Numbered from the stretch's first letter, positions 46,499-55,827 are shown. The stretch is 64,000 nt of DNA from Bacteroidota bacterium (GCA_018267365.1 JAFDYQ010000009.1:64863-128862), one strand, 5' to 3'. The notes: a model not told the origin generated them from the sequence alone. Made by a program: numbers and translations.

Positions 46499-48343
46499 TT
46501 ATCTATTCTCAAAACGCCTGGCCAGCTCATCGAGTGTGAAACTGACAAAAGTAAAATTGCCGCCCGGTGCAGTGTAGGGCTTCTCGCAGGCAAATAGCTC
46601 GTCTATCAGGCCCGTCATCTCCTTGTCAGACAGTACTTTACCCGGTTTGATGGCGCTGCTGCGGGCCAGTGTGCGGGCCAGGTTCTCGCGCTTATTGAGC
46701 TTAGACACAGACTGGCTGCTCTTGTACTGCTCCAGTAGCTCCTCCATGATCTGGCGCTCGCCACCGGCTACGATGTCTGACGGGAAGGCATGGATCACAA
46801 AACTCTGGCGGCCAAACTCCTGTATCTCAAAGCCCAGGGCATTGACATCATCCAGCATCTCACGCATCACCTCGGTATCCTCCGCGCTCAGCTCGATGGT
46901 CTGGGGAAATAGCTGGCGCTGGCTCGACCTGTTATTGTGCGCCATCTGCTGTATATACCGCTCAAAGAGGATGCGCTCATGCGCTGCCTGCTGGTCTATG
47001 AGTATGAAGCCCGACTTGATATGCGATACGATGTATCGGCGGTGCAGCTGGTAGGGTACGGCTACCTCCTTGTGCAGCACGGTGTCATCTTCCTGCGGCT
47101 GTATCAGGCTCTCCTGGGTATCCTGCTTCTGTACCGGTGCTGTAGTCTGGAAAACGGTCTCCCAGTTGCGGATATTAGACTGCTCGCGCGCATCTGCCTT
47201 TGGCCGTGAGGATGAGATCGTTTCGGCAGTGTATGGATTGACCTCTGTCCCTCGTCCACCTACACCGGTCCCCTGCAGCCAGCCGGGCATTTGGTCAAAG
47301 GTCTTGTTCTTATTCAGATGGTCCTCCTGGTCAAAGTCGAGCGACGGAGATACACTATATGCACCGAGTCCATGCTTCACTGCCAGGCTCACAAATGTGT
47401 AGGCCAGCTTGTCATCGTCAAATTTGATCTCGTACTTCTGCGGGTGTACATTGATGTCTATCCGCTTCGGGTCTATATCCAGAAAGAGGACATAGAAGGG
47501 AAACGATTCCTTGGGCAGCATCTGGTCATAGGCGGCCATGATGGCGTGATGCAGATAGGGCGACTTGATGTAGCGCTTATTCACAAAGATGTACTGCTCG
47601 CCACGCGTCTTCTTGGCGTACTCCGGCTTGCCTACGAAACCTTTCACAGTCAGGGCGTAGGTCACCTCCTCTACCGGCACTATCTGAGAGGCATACTTAT
47701 CATCAAAGATGGCGCAGATACGCTGCTTCAGATTGCCTGTACGGAAATGGAACAGCTCCTGGTCATTGCTATAAAACTGGAAGCCCACCGCGGGATGTGC
47801 CAGCGCGATGCGTGTAAACTCCTCTATGATATTCTTCAGCTCCGCCGGGTCAGACTTGAGGAAGTTGCGACGGGCAGGGACGTTGAAGAAGAGATTCTTG
47901 ACACAGATAGACGTACCCTCTGGTGTATGGCAGGGCTCCTGTTTGGTCACCTTCATACCCTCTATGTCTATGCCGGTGCCCAGCGCCTCGCCATGCAGCC
48001 GCGTACGCAGCTCCACCTGGGCTATAGCCGCTATAGAGGCCAGCGCCTCTCCGCGGAATCCCATCGTGCGGATGTCAAAGAGGTCATCTGCCGTCCTGAT
48101 CTTAGACGTGGCATGCTTCTCAAAGCACATACGCGCATCGGTCTCGCTCATGCCAGAGCCATTGTCTATCACCTGCAGGAGGGTCTTGCCGGCGCCTTTT
48201 ACGATCACTTTGATGTGGGTAGCACCAGCGTCTATGGCGTTTTCCATCAGCTCTTTGATAGCCGATGCCGGGCGCTGTATCACCTCACCTGCGGCGATCT
48301 GGTTAGCTATTACATCTGGGAGGAGTTGGATCTTGTCAGCCAT
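46499..48343 (-). CDS. mutL: DNA mismatch repair protein MutL
   Basis: N-terminus IQLLPDVIANQIAAGEVIQRPASAIKELMENAIDAG (GHKL ATPase); 614 aa. Confidence 0.95.
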   Translation of the reverse strand: MADKIQLLPDVIANQIAAGEVIQRPASAIKELMENAIDAGATHIKVIVKGAGKTLLQVIDNGSGMSETDARMCFEKHATSKIRTADDLFDIRTMGFRGEALASIAAIAQVELRTRLHGEALGTGIDIEGMKVTKQEPCHTPEGTSICVKNLFFNVPARRNFLKSDPAELKNIIEEFTRIALAHPAVGFQFYSNDQELFHFRTGNLKQRICAIFDDKYASQIVPVEEVTYALTVKGFVGKPEYAKKTRGEQYIFVNKRYIKSPYLHHAIMAAYDQMLPKESFPFYVLFLDIDPKRIDINVHPQKYEIKFDDDKLAYTFVSLAVKHGLGAYSVSPSLDFDQEDHLNKNKTFDQMPGWLQGTGVGGRGTEVNPYTAETISSSRPKADAREQSNIRNWETVFQTTAPVQKQDTQESLIQPQEDDTVLHKEVAVPYQLHRRYIVSHIKSGFILIDQQAAHERILFERYIQQMAHNNRSSQRQLFPQTIELSAEDTEVMREMLDDVNALGFEIQEFGRQSFVIHAFPSDIVAGGERQIMEELLEQYKSSQSVSKLNKRENLARTLARSSAIKPGKVLSDKEMTGLIDELFACEKPYTAPGGNFTFVSFTLDELARRFENR

Positions 48344-48347
48344 AAAA

Positions 48348-48388
48348 AACGGGCTGCAAAGGTAGGGAAAATAGAGGGAAAGCCCGTT
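48348..48388 (-). promoter_or_regulatory. 8-bp inverted repeat (AACGGGCT/AGCCCGTT, 25-nt loop) with a TACCTTTG -7 box in its loop, abutting the mutL ATG
   Basis: Arms at 48348..48355 and 48381..48388. The -7 match is at 48357..48364 (minus strand). In minus-strand sense the 3' arm runs into TTTT then ATG. Confidence 0.4.
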
Positions 48389-48396
48389 ATGCCGGT

Positions 48397-49179
48397 TTAC
48401 TTTACAGGCTTACCGTCAAAGTAACGATGGTTTTTATCCTCAGCGTCGATTTGGTCTTCATTTACCAGCCGAAAAGTTTTAGGGTCAGCATCCTTGATCT
48501 TTTTCAAGCCAAAGAATACTGATGACCTGTCAGCGAAATAGCAATTGCCGCAGTTCCAGCAGCCTCCTTTGGGGTTCAGTATTTTGATACTGTGTGGATC
48601 AGCACCAGGTATTATCTCAAGATCTCCCGGAGGGCCACCATAGAATACATGCCTGCTATCTATACCTCCTGCTATACTATCAAAGGGCATGAAAGTGCCG
48701 GGATCAGCGCCATTGACCTCTACAGGATAAGAATGCTGCATATCTCCCCACCAGAGATAGACTTTGCCATTGGTGGTAAAATAACCATCAGTTATTACCT
48801 TGTATGATCTCAGGTCTATCTGATCGGTGACATCCTGAAAATATTCTACAAACAGGGTGGTATCCCTTCCTAATGACTTTGGGTCCTGATATATAGACAG
48901 GACAAAAACCTTTTGGGCAGTATCGGAATAAATCTTTCCAGATATTAGTTTGTAGGTGGTAGTATCATCCACTGGGTCTATGTACGCGCCACATTTTTCA
49001 TTAGTGCCACTACAGAAGGGCTGCCAGTTGATTATCTTATTGCCATTCGCGCCAACGGTACGTAAAACAGGTTTTGTGTCAGCCACTTTTGACGAACTTG
49101 TCATGGCCGTACCCCGTCTACACGACCCTGAAAGGCAGATCAGAATTGAAGCAATTAAAACATATCTCACAGTATTCAT
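48397..49179 (-). CDS. DKNYY-domain lipoprotein (hypothetical)
   Basis: Lipobox LSGSC. Repeated ...VFYGG...GADPHS... and ...VFFGLKKIKDADPKTF... segments, and a terminal DKNHRYFDGKPV. Confidence 0.5.
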   Translation of the reverse strand: MNTVRYVLIASILICLSGSCRRGTAMTSSSKVADTKPVLRTVGANGNKIINWQPFCSGTNEKCGAYIDPVDDTTTYKLISGKIYSDTAQKVFVLSIYQDPKSLGRDTTLFVEYFQDVTDQIDLRSYKVITDGYFTTNGKVYLWWGDMQHSYPVEVNGADPGTFMPFDSIAGGIDSRHVFYGGPPGDLEIIPGADPHSIKILNPKGGCWNCGNCYFADRSSVFFGLKKIKDADPKTFRLVNEDQIDAEDKNHRYFDGKPVK

Positions 49180-49227
49180 CGCTGCTGATAAAGATACTGT
49201 ACTGGTCTGTATAGTAAAAGGATGTAA

Positions 49228-50124
49228 CTACGCCGCCTTGGCCTCGTCAGCCTCACGGGCCTTGCGCTCGAGACGCATAGAGCTGGACTTATACTTATCC
49301 ATAAAGATGCTCAGGATGTACGTCTTGCCAAGGTAGCCCCAGAAGCTGGTCTCATACAGGTCTGGAGAGATGAGGTGTGCTATCTTGGCGTGCTCCTCAG
49401 GTGCCTGGCTCCAGTGCAGGGAGGCCCTATAGTGGTGGATGGTATGATAGCCGTTGTTGAAAAGGAAAGGATTGACCCAGGCAAAGTTGCGACTGTGGTT
49501 CCACTCAGACATCTCATCGGCATGTACGTGCTGCACATAGTTGAATACGATCACCGTGATCTGCGACACCTGCTGTGGTATGAAGACGAACAAAAGCGCC
49601 TTCTTCCAGTTCCAGATAAAGAAGACGATCATCCAGATGATCAGCACTGCGAGCTGCATCCAGTTTTCGCGGTACTGAGCCGGGTTTTTCTCTTTCAGCT
49701 CACGCATGTAGGGGAATATACTCTCCTTCATCTGGTTCTTGCCGCTGATGGTAGGGTACATCAGCAGCGAGGTCAGGTCGTTGTCCTCCGTATGGCGGTA
49801 GGTGCGGGTCACATCGCCCTCCTTGTTATTGTAGCGGTGGTGGTTGCGATTGTGCGTAGGTATCCAGACGAATATGGGCAGGCCATAAAATACGGTGAGC
49901 CACCAGTCCGTCAATATGTTCAGTGTCTTGTTGGTCCAGATGTTGATGTGGTTGTGATTGTGCGTGATCACCGCCACAGATACAGCAAAGTGCAGGTAAA
50001 CGATATAGGCCGCCCATGATAGCGGGCTATGTACATCAAAGCCATAGTACCACTGCCCGGCAAACATGGCAGTGATAATAGCAAAGTAAACAAGGACTCT
50101 GACGTCAGCTTTGAATTTCAGCAT
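49228..50124 (-). CDS. membrane fatty-acid desaturase family protein
   Basis: ORF 49228..50145 (alternative start 50145). Three His boxes: HNHNH, HNRNHH, HTIHH. Confidence 0.8.
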   Translation of the reverse strand: MLKFKADVRVLVYFAIITAMFAGQWYYGFDVHSPLSWAAYIVYLHFAVSVAVITHNHNHINIWTNKTLNILTDWWLTVFYGLPIFVWIPTHNRNHHRYNNKEGDVTRTYRHTEDNDLTSLLMYPTISGKNQMKESIFPYMRELKEKNPAQYRENWMQLAVLIIWMIVFFIWNWKKALLFVFIPQQVSQITVIVFNYVQHVHADEMSEWNHSRNFAWVNPFLFNNGYHTIHHYRASLHWSQAPEEHAKIAHLISPDLYETSFWGYLGKTYILSIFMDKYKSSSMRLERKAREADEAKAA

Positions 50125-50239
50125 AATACAATACAGAACGTGCAATATAGGCTAAGCATATACGTCCACAGGAAAGGTCACGGCAGTCAACCGGATTTCA
50201 TAGGCGAGCATTCATTATCGTGTCATAACATGGGTTCAC

Positions 50240-50247
50240 TACTTTTG
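50240..50247 (+). promoter_or_regulatory. candidate -7 promoter box TACTTTTG
   Basis: Exact TAnnTTTG match, 15 nt upstream of the bshA ATG. Confidence 0.4.
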
Positions 50248-50262
50248 CATTAATATCACATC

Positions 50263-51408
50263 ATGAAAGTTGGCATCGTTTGTTATCCTACCTATGGCGG
50301 TAGTGGAGTGGTGGCTACCGAGCTGGGCATGGCCCTGGCGCGGGAGGGCCACAAGGTACACTTCATCACCTATAGTGAGCCGGTGCGGTTGGACAGCTTT
50401 CACGAAAATGTATTCTATCATGAGGTGTCGGCGCTGGACTATCCCCTCTTTCAGTATCAGCCCTATGAGTCCGCCCTGGCCAGCAAGATCGTAGATGTGG
50501 TCAAATTTGAAAAGCTGGATATCCTCCATGTGCACTATGCCATACCACACGCCTCCTCAGCCCTGATGGCCAAATCTATCCTGCGTGAAGAGGGTATCAC
50601 TATCCCCTTTGTCACCACACTGCACGGTACAGATATCACGCTGGTAGGCCGCGACCCCAGCTACAGGCCCGTGGTGGAATACTCGCTCAATCACTCTGAC
50701 GGCATCACCTCTGTATCTCAAAGCCTCAAAGACGAGACCCTCGCCAACTTTAAACTACGCAGGGACATAGAGGTGATACCCAACTTTATAGACTTTGCCC
50801 GGTTTAAAAAGACCAATAAAGAGCATTTCAAGAAAGCTATCGCTCCCGGTGGCGAGAAGATCATCATGCACGTCTCAAACTTCCGCAAGGTAAAACGAGT
50901 GGAGGATTTGGTCATGATGTTTGACAAAGTAGTGAAACAAATACCAAGCAAGCTGCTGCTGGTAGGCGATGGTCCTGAGCGCGCAAACTGTGAGCGCCTG
51001 TGCCGCGAGCTGGGCAATTGTAATGAAGTACGGTTTCTGGGCAAGCAGGATGCTATAGAGGACCTGCTGGCCATAGCAGACCTCTTCGTGCTGCCATCTG
51101 AGCAGGAGAGCTTTGGCCTGGCAGCGCTGGAGGCTATGGCATGCGAGGTGCCGGTCATTTCGTCTAATGCCGGTGGCATACCGGAGATCAATATCCACGG
51201 CGAAACGGGCTTCCTGAGCCCGGTAGGAGACGTAGCAGATATGGCGCGCAATGCCATCTACATACTGAGTGACGAGGGCCGCCTGCAGCAGTTCAAAAAG
51301 AACGCCTACAGTCAGGCCAAAAGATTTGATATAGAGCAGATCCTGCCCGTATATGAGAGGTACTATAAGCACGTGCTGGAGGATTCGAGGCCCGTCGGTG
51401 CCCGCTAA
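50263..51408 (+). CDS. bshA: N-acetyl-alpha-D-glucosaminyl L-malate synthase (bacillithiol biosynthesis GT4 glycosyltransferase)
   Basis: MKVGIVCYPTYGGSGVVATELGMALAREGHKVHFI N-terminus and the C-terminal E-x7-E region (PSEQESFGLAALEAMA) match BshA as I recall it. Confidence 0.75.
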   Translation: MKVGIVCYPTYGGSGVVATELGMALAREGHKVHFITYSEPVRLDSFHENVFYHEVSALDYPLFQYQPYESALASKIVDVVKFEKLDILHVHYAIPHASSALMAKSILREEGITIPFVTTLHGTDITLVGRDPSYRPVVEYSLNHSDGITSVSQSLKDETLANFKLRRDIEVIPNFIDFARFKKTNKEHFKKAIAPGGEKIIMHVSNFRKVKRVEDLVMMFDKVVKQIPSKLLLVGDGPERANCERLCRELGNCNEVRFLGKQDAIEDLLAIADLFVLPSEQESFGLAALEAMACEVPVISSNAGGIPEINIHGETGFLSPVGDVADMARNAIYILSDEGRLQQFKKNAYSQAKRFDIEQILPVYERYYKHVLEDSRPVGAR

Positions 51409-51446
51409 TGGTATCGTTTTTGTGACGGTGGTGCTAAACTGCTGTG

Positions 51447-51797
51447 ATGAAAAAGAAAACCACTGTTATATTTCTCTGCTTTCTAGTTTACTCGCTGTCG
51501 TCTCCCGCCCAAAGCCCTCAGCCACAAAACTCCAATCAAAACACGACGCCTGTACACTATGGCGGCGACCGCACTAATAGCAACCCCTCTCCGCAAACAG
51601 AATATCCGTCCGGCAATCCCGGCAATAATACAGCGCCAGGCACGAAGCCTGTGAATGGAGTGTATGGCAATACTACCCCTGCGGGAGGTACTGGACCGTC
51701 CGGCATATATACGACTCCGCCTGTCAATAAAGGTGCCGGCCGTCAAAAGCAGCCTCAGAGATATAATGGCTCCGAACATCAGCGCTCACCACAGTAG
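51447..51797 (+). CDS. small secreted low-complexity (Pro/Gly/Asn/Thr-rich) protein
   Basis: ORF 51444 (GTG)..51797; ATG at 51447. Signal peptide [22 protein letters not shown]. Confidence 0.4.
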   Translation: MKKKTTVIFLCFLVYSLSSPAQSPQPQNSNQNTTPVHYGGDRTNSNPSPQTEYPSGNPGNNTAPGTKPVNGVYGNTTPAGGTGPSGIYTTPPVNKGAGRQKQPQRYNGSEHQRSPQ

Positions 51798-51853
51798 AGA
51801 AGTGCTCGCCGCGGTGCTGGGATATGGTCATAGTAAAATTCAACGGCATATCT

Positions 51854-51861
51854 TACATTTG
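51854..51861 (+). promoter_or_regulatory. candidate -7 promoter box TACATTTG
   Basis: Exact TAnnTTTG match, 19 nt upstream of the gcvT ATG at 51881. Confidence 0.35.
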
Positions 51862-51880
51862 GCGCACTCAAAAACAGGAT

Positions 51881-52957
51881 ATGCAAAACACCTCCCTCAC
51901 ACACGTACATCAGTCGCTGGGCGCCAAGATGGTGCCATTTGCCGGATTTAATATGCCGGTGTCCTATGCCGGTATCACGCAGGAGCATAATGCCGTACGC
52001 AATAGTGTGGGTGTATTTGACGTGTCTCACATGGGCGAGTTTATACTCAGCGGACCCAAGGCGCTGGACCTGATACAGCTGGTCACCACCAATGATGCCT
52101 CGAAACTCACAGACGGCAAGGTGCAGTACTCCTGCATGACCAACGATCAGGGCGGCATAGTAGACGACCTCCTCGTGTATCGTATCAGTGCAGAGAAATA
52201 CTATCTGGTGGTCAATGCCTCTAACATAGAAAAGGACTGGAACTGGATCAGCCAGCACAATAGCTTTGGTGTGGAGATGAAAAATGTGAGCGCAGATACC
52301 AGCCTGCTAGCCGTTCAAGGCCCTGACGCCATCAAAGCGCTGCAGAAACTGACAGATGCAGACCTGAGCGCTATACCTTATTATGCTTTTGCTATCGGCA
52401 CCTTTGCTGGCATAGCTGATGTGATCATATCTAATACCGGATATACAGGCTCAGGCGGGTTTGAGCTCTATGTGAAAAACGAAGACGCAGAGAAACTCTG
52501 GTACGCCGTGTTTGAAGCCGGCAACGAGTTTGGTATACAGCCCTGTGGGCTCGGCTGCCGTGATACGCTTCGCCTGGAGAAAGCATTTTGCCTCTATGGC
52601 AATGATATCAATGACACCACCTCCCCAATAGAAGCGGGCCTCGGCTGGATCACCAAGTTTACCAAGCCATTCGTACACTCAGACTATCACAAGCAGCTCA
52701 AAGAGACAGGGGTAAAGAAGAAGCTCGTAGGCATCGAGATGGTAGATCGCGGCATACCACGCCAGCACTACAAGATAAAGGATGCAGCCGGCAATGAAAT
52801 AGGCGAAGTAACCTCTGGCACTCAGTCTCCTACACTCAATAAGGCGATCGGGCTGGGTTATGTCAAGACCGAGTTTTCTGCGCCAGGCTCCGAGGTCTAT
52901 ATAGATATCCGCAATGCCCTCGTGAAAGCAAAAGTGGTCAAGACACCTTTCCTTTAA
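51881..52957 (+). CDS. gcvT: glycine cleavage system aminomethyltransferase T
   Basis: ORF 51824..52957; conserved sequence starts at ATG 51881 ([29 protein letters not shown]). FDVSHMGEF motif. Confidence 0.92.
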   Translation: MQNTSLTHVHQSLGAKMVPFAGFNMPVSYAGITQEHNAVRNSVGVFDVSHMGEFILSGPKALDLIQLVTTNDASKLTDGKVQYSCMTNDQGGIVDDLLVYRISAEKYYLVVNASNIEKDWNWISQHNSFGVEMKNVSADTSLLAVQGPDAIKALQKLTDADLSAIPYYAFAIGTFAGIADVIISNTGYTGSGGFELYVKNEDAEKLWYAVFEAGNEFGIQPCGLGCRDTLRLEKAFCLYGNDINDTTSPIEAGLGWITKFTKPFVHSDYHKQLKETGVKKKLVGIEMVDRGIPRQHYKIKDAAGNEIGEVTSGTQSPTLNKAIGLGYVKTEFSAPGSEVYIDIRNALVKAKVVKTPFL

Positions 52958-53015
52958 TCTGACTTTTGTGTCAAAAAAATGACACAGAATAATGGATGGT
53001 GCGCATCGGGTGCCT

Positions 53016-53023
53016 TAGTTTTG
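53016..53023 (+). promoter_or_regulatory. candidate -7 promoter box TAGTTTTG
   Basis: Exact TAnnTTTG match, 17 nt upstream of ATG 53041. Confidence 0.4.
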
Positions 53024-53040
53024 TAGTGTAAACAGACACT

Positions 53041-54141
53041 ATGAAACAGCTACACACAGGTCTCGCTATCCTCATCTTCATTACAGCATTCTGCCCGTCT
53101 CTTTCTGCGCAGTACACCATACCGGTGGTGGTACACGTGGTACACAATAATGGTCCGGAAAACATCTCTGACTCTCTGATACACGATGCCCTGGCAGAAG
53201 TCAATAGAAACTACAATGCCCAAAACGCCAGCCTCTCTGGCGTGGCCTCGCCTTTTGTAAGTATCATAGGCAATATGCAAATCGAGTTTTGCCTGGCGCA
53301 TACAGACCCGCAGGGTCAGCTTACCACTGGCATAGAGCGCATCGTGAGCCCGCTAACATACGTCGGAGATAGTGATGCTGCGAAAATCAATCAATGGCCA
53401 TCTGACAGATATATGAATATGTGGGTGGTAGACTCGCTACGACAGCAGAGCTTGGTCAACTCTCTACCAGGCACCGGTACGCACCCCATGCAGGCTTTAG
53501 CTGATACCAGTAAAGATGGCGTAGTGGCGGCTTATTTTACCCTCCTGCCTGGCCAGCGCGGACTGCTGACCAATTTTATTGCACATTATTTTAACCTCGA
53601 TAATATCTGGGGTAATTCTGACGAGCCAGAAACGGCCTGCGGAGATGATAGCATCTCTGATACTCCCGTCACTGCTGGTTCCCTTTTCTTTAGGTGTGAT
53701 ACCTCCAGGGCGTTTTGCGATACAGCAGTCGTAGAGAACATGCAAAACTTCATGAATTGGTCCCACTGCGCCTGCATGTTTACCGCAGAGCAGGTAGCGC
53801 GGGTTCATCATACTTTGCAAGACCCATACGCTCACCGTAGCAACCTATGGCAGCAGTCAAATCTTGCTATCTCGTGTGCTGCTCCTACAGATGTAAAGAC
53901 TGTAGCGCGTGATAAAATAACCGTAGGGCCAAATCCTTTTGACCATGAACTCTTCGTCTATGGCCAGAGTGCCGCAGAGCTAAAGATACAGATCAGCGAC
54001 CTGCGGGGTCGCCTAGTGCTCGAGGAGGTGTACACCAACTCTGCCCATCTCATTTTGCCGGATCTTCCTGCCGGCATTTACACCATTAGTATCCAGGATG
54101 GCGATAGCCGCCATATCTTTAAGCTTGTTCGGGGGCGCTAG
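53041..54141 (+). CDS. M43 (pappalysin/cytophagalysin-like) metallopeptidase homolog with a degenerate zinc site and a T9SS C-terminal sorting domain
   Basis: M43-like N-terminus YTIPVVVHVVHNNGPENISD and Cys-rich CGDDSISDTPV...NFMNWSHCACMFTAEQ. The HExxHxxGxxH position reads TNFIAHYFNLDN (53569..53604). Tail GPNPFDHELFV...GIYTISIQDG...FKLVRGR. Confidence 0.7.
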   Translation: MKQLHTGLAILIFITAFCPSLSAQYTIPVVVHVVHNNGPENISDSLIHDALAEVNRNYNAQNASLSGVASPFVSIIGNMQIEFCLAHTDPQGQLTTGIERIVSPLTYVGDSDAAKINQWPSDRYMNMWVVDSLRQQSLVNSLPGTGTHPMQALADTSKDGVVAAYFTLLPGQRGLLTNFIAHYFNLDNIWGNSDEPETACGDDSISDTPVTAGSLFFRCDTSRAFCDTAVVENMQNFMNWSHCACMFTAEQVARVHHTLQDPYAHRSNLWQQSNLAISCAAPTDVKTVARDKITVGPNPFDHELFVYGQSAAELKIQISDLRGRLVLEEVYTNSAHLILPDLPAGIYTISIQDGDSRHIFKLVRGR

Positions 54142-54210
54142 CCATCAGGCTGTCGGCCCCGCTAGTAATTGCTGTAGGTTATCTGGCGCAACACAGATAA
54201 ACAATCTTCT

Positions 54211-54237
54211 TTGTATATGACTTATTGTCATGTACAA
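54211..54237. promoter_or_regulatory. palindromic operator candidate TTGTATATGAC-TTATT-GTCATGTACAA
   Basis: 11-bp arms matching at 10 of 11 positions, 51 nt upstream of the first XRE gene's ATG. Confidence 0.55.
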
Positions 54238-54287
54238 CAACCATATTTACGACCATCTTGCGCATTTTTACCGCATCATCAATTTCA

Positions 54288-54503
54288 ATGAGCGATAAAA
54301 TATTCCTTGCCAAACTAGGTGCTAAGATCCGAAAGATACGTAAGGAAAAGAGTCTATCATTGGATAAGCTCGCAGCCCTATGCGACTACGAAAAAGCTAA
54401 CCTCTCGCGCATAGAATCCGGCAAGACGAACACTACCATCCTCACACTTTACACACTCAGCCGTGTCATGGGTGTCAAGGTCAGCGACTTCTTTGAAGAC
54501 TGA
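54288..54503 (+). CDS. XRE-family (Cro/CI-type) HTH transcriptional regulator, paralog 1
   Basis: ORF 54225..54503; ATG at 54288. LGAKIRKIRKEKSLSLDKLAALCDYEKANLSRIESGKTN HTH. Confidence 0.8.
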   Translation: MSDKIFLAKLGAKIRKIRKEKSLSLDKLAALCDYEKANLSRIESGKTNTTILTLYTLSRVMGVKVSDFFED

Positions 54504-54674
54504 TAGTCAGTTGATTATGTCTGCTGTTTATATCCTGGTTTAACATTTTGGGGTCGTTTGGCACGGTGTTGGCATTTTCTACAATACCCACACATTAGCT
54601 CACGCTCGATTCTGAGCAGAGCCCTTTTATTTAAAACTATATGATCATGAGGCTCTCTACGAAAATTATATATT

Positions 54675-54941
54675 ATGATCAGCAACAAAGGTCCATTTCT
54701 GGAAAAACTGGGTGCCAATATCAGGCGCTTTCGCAAAGAGAGAAATATGTCTCTGGATACGCTCGCAGCTCTCTGCGACTACGAGAAGGCCAACCTATCC
54801 AGGATCGAGTCAGGAAAAACAAACGCCACTGTGTATACCCTATACAATATCAGTAAGGTAATGGGTATAGAGATGTGCAAGTTTTTTGAAGGATACGGTG
54901 AGCAGCGCGATGCTGAATCTGATACTGCAAGTGCAGCTTAG
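54675..54941 (+). CDS. XRE-family (Cro/CI-type) HTH transcriptional regulator, paralog 2
   Basis: LGANIRRFRKERNMSLDTLAALCDYEKANLSRIESGKTN. By eye, roughly two thirds identical to paralog 1 over the HTH domain. Confidence 0.8.
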   Translation: MISNKGPFLEKLGANIRRFRKERNMSLDTLAALCDYEKANLSRIESGKTNATVYTLYNISKVMGIEMCKFFEGYGEQRDAESDTASAA

Positions 54942-55411
54942 TAACCAATGGTCATGACGATTGTTTTGTCAGGGCTATTGATCAGGATCTTTGCATCCTT
55001 AAACCGGGGAAGAAAAAGCCCCTTGGCATCATTAGATATAGCGATCCCCTCCTTGGGAATGCCTATGACACTTAGATCCAGGCGGTGGTTATTATTTTCA
55101 TCATGATAGGCCGCCAGGGCATACTCTCCATATGGCACATTTTTAAAGGTAACCTCCGCATATCCTTTGGAGATAGTGGTCCATAGGTTGTTAAAGCATT
55201 TATCAGGTTTATCGGGGAAGGTATAGGGCTTATCATAGAGAATAATATTGGTCACACCATTATCATTCTTAAAGTTTCGCAATATCACACGAAGATTGCC
55301 TGTTTTGACAGCTACAGATGGAGTAGGTGGGGGGGTCACTGCTGTCGGCCCTTGTGCGCCAAAGGCGATAAATGAACACAGCATGATCAGAAATAAGATC
55401 GGTTTGGTCAT
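54938..55411 (-). CDS. DUF2141-domain secreted protein
   Basis: Signal peptide. NDNGVTNIILYD...GEYALAAYHDENNNHRLD...GIPKEGIAISND matches the DUF2141 pattern as I recall it. Confidence 0.65.
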   Translation of the reverse strand: MTKPILFLIMLCSFIAFGAQGPTAVTPPPTPSVAVKTGNLRVILRNFKNDNGVTNIILYDKPYTFPDKPDKCFNNLWTTISKGYAEVTFKNVPYGEYALAAYHDENNNHRLDLSVIGIPKEGIAISNDAKGLFLPRFKDAKILINSPDKTIVMTIGY

Positions 55412-55467
55412 ATATATAGCCTGGCGCCGGCGTTGTTTTTATTTGTTAGACCCTGCCTAAAGGGATG

Positions 55468-55498
55468 CAAATATAGCTAAGCTACGAATTTGAACAAA
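55468..55498 (-). promoter_or_regulatory. Bacteroidota-type promoter TTTG-N19-TATATTTG for the DUF2141 gene
   Basis: On the minus strand the -7 box is at 55475..55468 and the -33 TTTG at 55498..55495, with a 19-nt spacer. It lies about 56 nt upstream of ATG 55411. Confidence 0.55.
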
Positions 55499-55733
55499 CA
55501 AACGAGAGGCAAGTTTAGCAGAGGTGCCAACTGATGCTGTCGGTACGTTTTCAAAAACCATGCGGTCCTCTGATATAGCGCAAGGTTTTAACGGAAATTA
55601 TCATTCTTTATGCGCGTTACAATAAGGCGCTTGTGATAAATTTCTCACTCAAATGTAACACCGCTCGATATCTGGCGTAAGCTATACCAGAGAGTAAAAG
55701 TTTTAATGCTTGTTTAGTTTAATCAAAGAAAAA

Positions 55734-55757
55734 GGTGGCCCGTAAGCCACTTTTTTT
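55734..55757. terminator. orphan bidirectional intrinsic terminator
   Basis: AAAGAAAAAG-GTGGC-CCGTAA-GCCAC-TTTTTTT: a GC stem flanked by an A-run and a T-run. No annotated gene ends nearby on either strand. Confidence 0.55.
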
Positions 55758-55827
55758 ATTTAAAACACCTAAGAACTGAAACATAATACCGCACCCCGCG
55801 TACATATTCACAACAAATACCTTTATT

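Noticed and set aside
47291-48424. 377-aa and 185-aa ORFs antisense to mutL
   Set aside because: Shadow frames of mutL. No independent start context, promoter box or motif.
49375-50019. 214-aa + strand ORF antisense to the desaturase gene
   Set aside because: The desaturase frame carries three canonical His boxes. The antisense frame has no motifs.
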